Source: Candidatus Nezhaarchaeales archaeon (GTDB lineage: Archaea; Thermoproteota; Methanomethylicia; Nezhaarchaeales; WYZ-LMO8). Taken from it: a DNA stretch of 64,000 nt. Every line of letters starts with the position of its first letter. The stretch's first letter is position 1. A model generated the notes under the pieces. That model saw only the letters and a list, made by a program, of their open reading frames with translations. It did not search any database and was not told the DNA's origin. The stretch covers positions 672,001-736,000 of the forward strand of contig JAWAKK010000001.1 in NCBI GenBank assembly GCA_038887515.1. The letters are read 5' to 3'. The position numbers and the translations under genes were made by a program. Below, one piece after another: positions 57,616-64,000 of this stretch.

Positions 57616-58911
57616 ATGAGTGGAGGCAAGGGGATCTCTCCGATAGCTTCTACGCTATTGCTAATAATGGTTGTAGTTGCTGCTACGGTAACCACGTACA
57701 ACTTAGTTATTGGACTTGTAGGAGTAACCGCTACATCGCCTCTACGATCTGTAATAAGGGTGGACGAAGTTAGCATCTCTGGTAGCGAGCTTACTGTTTA
57801 CGTCAGGAACCTTGGTCCGGCTCCAATGACGCTAGATTCGGTATACGTGTACTCTGTTGACGGGGTACTAGTCGGGCGCGTTCATATTAACCCCAAAACG
57901 ATAGATGCGGGAGAGGTTGAGGCTATTACGGGCATACCAATTGGTTACTTGAAGGAGGGGGGTGTCTACTACATCAAGGTAGCTACAATGGAGGGAGCTA
58001 TCGCGTCTTCCCAAGCATTTAAAGTCGGATTAGCTAAATCAGCTAAAGCTATAATAGTGATAGAAAGATTGGAGACCGAGCCAGCTACATTGAACACATT
58101 CAATGCTACACTGTACGTCAAGAATGCGGGCGACGTCCCAGTGACGATAGACGAAGTACGCGTATACTACTCGTTATCGAAGAAGACTTTACTGGAAAGC
58201 ATTGACATTGCAAAGAGATTAAATCCTGGAGAGACTGTGAGGATCGTTATTGACAAAATACCATACGACATAGAGCGGCAGAGGCCTAGCTACGAGATTG
58301 AAGTAACAACTATAGAAGGAGTTATAGCAACTACGAAGGCTATGGTACTAGCAAGAGAAATGTTGGTAGAAACAGGATTAAGTGCGGAAGGATTCAACAT
58401 AGACGCCTCCATATACGTTATAAATTATGGCGCTGCCCCAGCAATAATAGATAAAGTACAAGTATACATCGATGGAGAGTTGGACAGTATCGTAAACCTT
58501 GGGAACTTGTCGCTAGGTGTGACGAGTTCAACAACCATTAATTTCAACGTTACTATAGATCCAAGCAAGTCCTACTCCTTCAAGATTGTAGGAAGTGATG
58601 AGGCTTTAACGTCGTGGCGAGCAATAGTGGTAGCTGAAGCGAGTGCAACACCGATAAACGATCGCAGTTACAGCGTTACTGTTTACGTTAGGAACGTCGG
58701 CTCCACCCCCGTAACGATTTACGGCTTGTACATACAATCTGAACGAGGGGACTTAATAGTGCCCCTGATAGATGTAGGGGAGGTGATAAAGCCAAAAGAG
58801 ATTAAAGAGATAATTAATCCAATTACCCTAACGAATGGGACATACTACATATTCGTGTTTACTGATGAGCCTTGGTTTTTAGAAGCGAAGACGAGGCTAG
58901 AATTGGTATGA
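57616..58911 (+). CDS. Large pilin with four tandem pilin-head (Ig-like) repeats
   Basis: MSGGKG|ISPIASTLLLIMVVVAA signal; repeats VYVRNLG/LYVKNAG/IYVINYG/VYVRNVG. Start is ATG 57616, not the track's 57481. Confidence 0.85.
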   Translation: MSGGKGISPIASTLLLIMVVVAATVTTYNLVIGLVGVTATSPLRSVIRVDEVSISGSELTVYVRNLGPAPMTLDSVYVYSVDGVLVGRVHINPKTIDAGEVEAITGIPIGYLKEGGVYYIKVATMEGAIASSQAFKVGLAKSAKAIIVIERLETEPATLNTFNATLYVKNAGDVPVTIDEVRVYYSLSKKTLLESIDIAKRLNPGETVRIVIDKIPYDIERQRPSYEIEVTTIEGVIATTKAMVLAREMLVETGLSAEGFNIDASIYVINYGAAPAIIDKVQVYIDGELDSIVNLGNLSLGVTSSTTINFNVTIDPSKSYSFKIVGSDEALTSWRAIVVAEASATPINDRSYSVTVYVRNVGSTPVTIYGLYIQSERGDLIVPLIDVGEVIKPKEIKEIINPITLTNGTYYIFVFTDEPWFLEAKTRLELV

Positions 58912-59030
58912 TTAAGATAGCGGTCGAGGATAGAACGTTGAAGGGAGAAACTATTATTACCATAAACTCTCGTCTGAAGGCTTAATATGGTATCTGGGGT
59001 CTCGAGCGATATCCACCCGATTCCTTGCCC

Positions 59031-59621
59031 TTATTTAACTCTCTCGCGTTGCTTCTTCTTCCACTTGTAGTTGTGGGTCCCTCTTAGGCCCCTCGACTTC
59101 CTCAGGCCCCTCATCTTCTTTCCGGCTGAAGTTAATCCTCTGAACGCCCTTCCCCTGTTGGCTGGACTGCAAATCCAGTTTATGTCTGGGTCGTTTTGTA
59201 CTGCTGGGTGGTGGGGGTCGACCATTATCACTTCGTACCACTTGTAGCGCCCATCCTCGCCGACGTAGTAGCTGTTGAGGACTTCTAAGTTCGGGAACTT
59301 CCTAGCCGCCCTCTCCTCAGCTATTAGCCTTAAGCTCTTCCAGGTTGCGTAGCCGTAGACCCCCATCCTCTTGGGTCTCCTACCAGAGTCCGGTCTCGGC
59401 TTCCTCTGTCCTCCCTTCCTTACCCTGACCCTTACAACTACGAATCCCTGCTTGGCTTTGTAGCCTAGAGCTCTAGCCCTGTTTAGCCTAGTGGGCTTCT
59501 CGACTCTAACTACTGTTGGCTCTCTCCTCCATTCTATGAGGCGTTGCCTCATTATCTCCTTTATTTCTCCGCGATAAGGCTTCTTCCAGAGCTCTGCTAT
59601 GTAGTGGTACACGGACTTCAA
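59031..59621 (-). CDS. rpl15e: 50S ribosomal protein L15e
   Basis: [53 protein letters not shown]. Confidence 0.97.
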   Translation of the reverse strand: MKSVYHYIAELWKKPYRGEIKEIMRQRLIEWRREPTVVRVEKPTRLNRARALGYKAKQGFVVVRVRVRKGGQRKPRPDSGRRPKRMGVYGYATWKSLRLIAEERAARKFPNLEVLNSYYVGEDGRYKWYEVIMVDPHHPAVQNDPDINWICSPANRGRAFRGLTSAGKKMRGLRKSRGLRGTHNYKWKKKQRERVK

Positions 59622-59718
59622 CTCCTACACCTCTCGGTGGTAAGGTTATGAGCTCACTTAAATGTTTTCGCTTAAATCTTGGACGGTGAGTTAATTTTCC
59701 TCCGACTAAAATAACTTT

Positions 59719-60840
59719 TTGAGAGGTATAATGTTCGAAGCCTTTCTACTGAGACCGGACGCTCATAGAGTTTGGAATAACCGTGAGGTTAAGAGGAGAC
59801 TTAGCTGGTACTACGGGGTTATAGTTGACGAGAAACCATCAAAGTACAGAATATGTAAGAGGGTCGGTGTAGACGTCGACCTGTCTGCCGACGACGAGGA
59901 GCTTTGGAAGATGCATAGAGAAGGCTCCGCGAGGTTCGTTAATGTTTGGAGGAGAATAGCTTCTAGCGAGCTAAAGCTTGAGGATCTTGAGGAACCGGAT
60001 GTAAGCCTGTTAGACGTTAAGATTGAGCTCGTTAAGAGGATGTTGAGGTCCTGCACATTTTGCGAGAGGAGATGTAAAGTCGACAGAGAGAAGGGCGAAG
60101 TAGGTTTTTGTAGGCTAGACGCTAAAGCTAGGGTTTCAAGCTTCTTCCACCACTACGGTGAAGAGGCACCTCTAGTGCCGAGCGGTACAATATTCTTTAC
60201 AAGCTGTAGCTTCAAGTGCGTCTATTGCCAGAACTGGGACATATCGACAGATCCACACAACGGAGTTGAAGTGACCGCAAGGCAGCTCGCCTCCATAGCT
60301 ACCAAGCTTAGGAGAGAAGGTTGCAGAAACGTAAATTACGTAGGCGGGAACCCAGATCAGTCCATGCACGTAATCGTCGAGTCCCTGAGGTACATGGACG
60401 TTAATGTGCCAATACTTTGGAATAGCAATGCCTATGCCAGCTTAGAGGCCATGGAGATATTGAAGGACCTTGTCGACATATGGCTACCGGACTTCAAGTA
60501 CGGTAACGACAGGTGTGCTGAGAGACTTTCTATGGTTCCCAAGTACTTTGAAGTCGTTACTAGGAACCTGAAGATAATGCACGAGAGTGGAGACATGATA
60601 GTTAGGCACCTAGTCCTTCCAAACCATGTAGAGTGCTGTACCAAGCAGGTGCTAGAGTGGTTAGCTAGAAACTGTCCTAGGTGCCTAGTTAACATAATGG
60701 AGCAGTATAGGCCGGAGCATGAGGTTGCTAGAAGACCGCAGTTGTACCCGGACATTAGTAGGAGGCCCACGGCGGGCGAGATGAATAGGGCTTATAGCAT
60801 AGCTAAGGAGCTTGGGATAGTGTGGGAGCCTGTATCTTAA
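59719..60840 (+). CDS. Radical SAM protein, PflX family
   Basis: CTFCERRC.VDR..G..GFC, HYGEE..LVPSGTIFF.SC.F.CVYCQN, VRHLVLP, NIM.QYRP. Confidence 0.88.
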   Translation: MRGIMFEAFLLRPDAHRVWNNREVKRRLSWYYGVIVDEKPSKYRICKRVGVDVDLSADDEELWKMHREGSARFVNVWRRIASSELKLEDLEEPDVSLLDVKIELVKRMLRSCTFCERRCKVDREKGEVGFCRLDAKARVSSFFHHYGEEAPLVPSGTIFFTSCSFKCVYCQNWDISTDPHNGVEVTARQLASIATKLRREGCRNVNYVGGNPDQSMHVIVESLRYMDVNVPILWNSNAYASLEAMEILKDLVDIWLPDFKYGNDRCAERLSMVPKYFEVVTRNLKIMHESGDMIVRHLVLPNHVECCTKQVLEWLARNCPRCLVNIMEQYRPEHEVARRPQLYPDISRRPTAGEMNRAYSIAKELGIVWEPVS

Positions 60841-60855
60841 CGTGGAGCCTTAACT

Positions 60856-61404
60856 TCAACTCCTTAGGGCTGAGGAGATCCTTTGAACTATCAAGTTCGT
60901 TAACGAATCCCTATTCGATAGCGTAAGCTCTATAACTTCGAAATCCCTTCCGCTCCTTATGTAGTCTAGGAGCGGGTGCCTAAGCTTATAGTGGAGCGTC
61001 GCTAGTAGAGGCTTCTCAGAATCTAAAGCTCTCTCGACCGCTTCAATGAACCTCTGGGACTTGAGCTCCATGGGTCCTATCTCGTCTACGACTAACAAGT
61101 CGCATTTTTCTAAAGCTCTCGATATAGAGTTAACGGCGAAGGAGTCCAAGTTCTCTACGTGTACCAGGTACTTACCAACCCTAGGCCCTGAAGCCGAGCT
61201 TACTGATGCCAGTTGGGCTTCGGCCCCGCTTTCAACGTCAACGATCTTGAAGCCCGTTCTAACCCCCCTACTTCTAACTTCAAGCGTTACTATTCCGCCA
61301 ACCTTAAATTTCATGCTTTTTAGCTTTTCAACCACTTTAAATACCAGTGTGGTCTTACCTACCCCGGGTCTACCAGTCACAAATATCTTGTTCTTCAGGG
61401 CCAT
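60856..61404 (-). CDS. Nucleoside-triphosphatase (THEP1/NTPase_1 family)
   Basis: TGRPGVGKTT, E.R..G.R.GF, VGKY, VDEIGPMEL.S. Confidence 0.92.
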   Translation of the reverse strand: MALKNKIFVTGRPGVGKTTLVFKVVEKLKSMKFKVGGIVTLEVRSRGVRTGFKIVDVESGAEAQLASVSSASGPRVGKYLVHVENLDSFAVNSISRALEKCDLLVVDEIGPMELKSQRFIEAVERALDSEKPLLATLHYKLRHPLLDYIRSGRDFEVIELTLSNRDSLTNLIVQRISSALRS

Positions 61405-61460
61405 CCTAACTACATCTTGAAGGCTTAATAATTAAGTGTTACTTAGGTATTTTTATCTAC

Positions 61461-62222
61461 TTGAAGCTTCTTATGGAACCTGACGTTGATATTGCATGTT
61501 TGGAGTTAAGGGCCAGCCTAACGAACAGCGAAGCGATAATAATGGTTGGAGGCTGCGAAGTCGAATATAGTGGGCGCGCAAGCTCAACGTTGACTAGGGG
61601 TGAAAAATAGTCGTAGTAAAGCAAGATGGCTCTGTTCTAGTCCATGGACCTGAAGGTTACGAGCCCGTTAACTGGCAACCGCCCGGCTGTCTATTTAAGG
61701 TGGCTAGCCTAAGTGGACTACTAAAGATCGTTGCTACGAGGCCTAGCCCTCGCGAGGTTTTGACGATATCGTTCCATAAGATCCATATGATGGCCTGTAG
61801 GAAGCTACATGACGCAGGAGCATTCTCTATGTATGTGAGCGAGGACGAGATGAAGGAGGCTATAAGGCTTAACCCATCGTTAATCGAGGAGGGGGCTTAA
61901 AATCTTGACCTCAGAGAAGGGTCTCGGAGAAGCTGGCTACGCAGGTTTTGTAGGCGAGGATTCTAAAGGAAACTTCGTAGTGATAGAAGTCAAGAGAGGA
62001 ACTACGGGAGAAGAAGTCATACAGCTCGCTAGGTACGTTAACGAAGCTAAACAGAGGGTTAATAGATCCGTTAGGGGAATACTCGTCGCCTCCCCATTGA
62101 AGAAGAAGGGGCAACTACTCTTAGAACGATTTAAGCTCGACTTCAAGGCGTTAACGCCTGAGAATTGTAGGAAGTTCTTAAAGAAAGCTTCAGGTACGAG
62201 CCTACTTGAGTTCATGGAGTGA
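61461..62222 (+). pseudogene. nucS: Frameshifted mismatch endonuclease NucS/EndoMS
   Basis: C.V.Y.GRASS.L..GE*, then K.DGSVLVH...PVNWQPPG...IEEG*, then D..G..VVIEVKR...QL.RYV...VRGILVA. Frame breaks at A5 (61603-07) and G5 (61891-95). Confidence 0.85.
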
Positions 62223-63744
62223 GCGAGATTAGCTTCAAAACTGCGCTGTTCATCTCTTCAGTAAAGATCGTCGGGTACAAGCCCAGGAACAGCGATATGA
62301 TAGCCATGACTATTAGCGGAGCGAGGAAACTTAATGAGGCCTCTTTAACTCCATTAAGTTGCGGTGGGGTTTGTCCGAAAAGTATTCTCCTTATGGGCCA
62401 AAGCGCGTAAGCGAATGTTAAGACTGTTGCCACTATGGCCACTACGACTATAAATATCTTAAACGACTCGGAGGCTAGAGAGGCAGAACCTATAGCGCTC
62501 GTAAATATCATCCATTCACTTATGAAGCCGCTAGTGAAGGGTACTCCCATTAGTGTGAAGAAGCCTATAAACATAGTTACAGCAGTGTAAGGCATTTTAC
62601 CCGCTAGCCCTCCCATCTGGCTTATGCTCCTCGTACCGACTTGGAGCGTAAATACGCCGACTAAGAGGAACAATATCGCTTTGCCCATGGCGTGGGCTAC
62701 GTAATGAAACATGGAGCCCGTGGCGCCTATAATGGCTAAGTTCTCGGCTTTCATGCTTATTGCTAAGGCCGCAGCTCCAAGGCCTAGCAATATGTAGCCC
62801 ATCTGGCTTATGCTCGAGTAGGCTAGCAACCTCTTAAGGTCCTCTTGACTTAAAGCGTTGGCAGCTCCGTATATCATAGTTATAGTGGCTAGGACTATCA
62901 TCGCCGTAGAGACGTATTGCAAGGCAGGCGTGTAGAGGAAAACTATCCTAACTATGGCGTAGGCCGCCAAACCGCTCATAGCTGACGAGAGCAGAGCCGT
63001 TATCGGTGTAGGGGCTTCGACGTAGGTGTCTGGAAGCCAGCTGTGAAGTGGGAAGATCGCCATCTTCACGAAGAAGCCTATGAGCATCGCCGAAACGATT
63101 GCCGTTAGGACCTCAACGCTAGGGTTAAGTTGCGCTATCTTTAATGGAATTTCATATATCTCAAGAGTATGAAGGTAGCCGTTGGTCGCAACTATCCCTG
63201 CTAGGAAGCAAAGCGCTCCAGCTTCGGTGAACAAGAAGTACTTTAAAGCGACCTTCTCCTTCTCGCCGGTGCCCCACTCGTTTATTAGGGCCCAAGAGGC
63301 TACGACCGCGATTTCGAAGAATACGAAGAACTCTACTAGGTTTGTGGAGAGAGCTAGCCCTATCATTCCTAGGAAGAATAGCTGGTAGAGACTGAAGAAG
63401 ATGCCCATGTTTGGCGAGTCCTTCATGAGTTTTATCGTGTATAGAGCAGTTAGAGCCGCGACTATTGCTACCGTCAAAGCTATTGGCGAGCTTAGGCCGT
63501 CAGCCTTGAAACCAAACCTCAACGCTATGCTGTCCGTTATAACCCAATCGTACACCTTCTCATAGGATGAAGCTACGCCCGTAAAGATCTTATACGTCGA
63601 AATTCCGAAAATTCCTATCGAAAATAATGAGAGTAAGAAGGATATAAGGCCATTCCACCTGCCTAAGAGCTTGTTGAGCCCTAAGATTATTAGCGACGCT
63701 ATCGCAGGTAATATTACGGTGTAAGGAAGAAGTTCTTCTATCAT
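62212..63744 (-). CDS. Antiporter-like subunit NuoM/MrpD family of a second complex-I-like enzyme
   Basis: ADGLS, FFVFFE, ALKYFLFT, KMAIFPLHSWLPD.Y.EAP, DLKRLLAYSSISQMGY, GFISEW. Confidence 0.88.
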   Translation of the reverse strand: MIEELLPYTVILPAIASLIILGLNKLLGRWNGLISFLLSLFSIGIFGISTYKIFTGVASSYEKVYDWVITDSIALRFGFKADGLSSPIALTVAIVAALTALYTIKLMKDSPNMGIFFSLYQLFFLGMIGLALSTNLVEFFVFFEIAVVASWALINEWGTGEKEKVALKYFLFTEAGALCFLAGIVATNGYLHTLEIYEIPLKIAQLNPSVEVLTAIVSAMLIGFFVKMAIFPLHSWLPDTYVEAPTPITALLSSAMSGLAAYAIVRIVFLYTPALQYVSTAMIVLATITMIYGAANALSQEDLKRLLAYSSISQMGYILLGLGAAALAISMKAENLAIIGATGSMFHYVAHAMGKAILFLLVGVFTLQVGTRSISQMGGLAGKMPYTAVTMFIGFFTLMGVPFTSGFISEWMIFTSAIGSASLASESFKIFIVVVAIVATVLTFAYALWPIRRILFGQTPPQLNGVKEASLSFLAPLIVMAIISLFLGLYPTIFTEEMNSAVLKLISLTP

Positions 63745-64000
63745 CTACCACAACCCCCCTAGCTTAAGCAACATTAATGCTATTATTATGAGTCCTATCA
63801 ACATGCCTACGATGTTGTAGTTGAGGAAACCTGTCTGCAACCTCCTAAACCTGGAGGCAAAGCCTACAACGCTCGATGCAAAGCCGGTTACTGCTCGATA
63901 GAACCCCTTGACTTCAATCCAGTTGTAGAGGCCCCGAGACGCTGAAATTAGAGGGTACACAAAAGCGTTGTAGTACATTTTATTTATGAACCACCTCTTG
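63745..64000 (-). CDS. C-terminus of NuoL-like subunit (gene begins beyond window)
   Basis: Frame open from the window edge: KRWFINKMYY...RRLQTGFLNY + TM, the NuoL lateral-helix terminus. Confidence 0.8.
   Translation of the reverse strand, partial: KRWFINKMYYNAFVYPLISASRGLYNWIEVKGFYRAVTGFASSVVGFASRFRRLQTGFLNYNIVGMLIGLIIIALMLLKLGGLW

Noticed and set aside
61603-61900. Programmed double frameshifting producing active NucS
   Set aside because: No canonical slippery heptamer or stimulatory structure, and the apparent catalytic Asp loss argues for decay or error instead.
2626-63388. Numerous 60-175 aa ORFs antisense to or nested in long genes (e.g. 21303, 23323, 25818, 27136, 43454, 50964, 55472)
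   Set aside because: Ser/Thr/Pro-rich antisense shadows of well-supported genes, with no motifs.
1-64000. CRISPR array, transposase, integrase or provirus
   Set aside because: No regularly spaced 24-40-nt repeats and no recognisable mobile-element proteins seen; the tRNA 3' ends are not visibly duplicated as att sites.

Overview
This is a gene-dense chromosomal region of an anaerobic, probably thermophilic archaeon. It is likely Thermoproteota/TACK, inferred from the L15e and TFB sequences, a TackOD1-like protein and a tRNA intron at non-canonical position 29/30. From left to right it holds: an Fe-S protein, a decayed Lrp regulator and a cysteine hydrolase; a complete MBH-type (group 4, Mrp-linked) [NiFe]-hydrogenase split into two divergent operons that ends in an F420-binding FrhB/FpoF-family subunit; leuS, tldD/pmbA and tRNA-Gln; a candidate C/D-box sRNA; PfkB, macro-domain and ALDH genes; cobO-nrdJ; mscS-trkA/trkH-KaiC-HTH; a ZnuABC-like transporter opposite a NikR-family regulator; a divergent PAN-like AAA ATPase; radical SAM enzymes, a PAPS-reductase-family protein and a surface gluzincin; a Mo/W-cofactor cluster containing an unusual TrmB-MobA fusion; surE, tsaC, tfb, intron-containing tRNA-Arg, ilvE and a PurR-like PRTase; a G20 tract ahead of a TackOD1 protein; a type IV pilus locus with a four-headed pilin; rpl15e, a frameshifted nucS, and the end of a second complex-I-like operon. 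No CRISPR array, transposase or integrase was seen. The most promising novelties are the F420-module MBH and the TrmB-MobA regulator-enzyme with a palindrome over its own TATA box. All family calls come from motif recognition by eye, not database searches.
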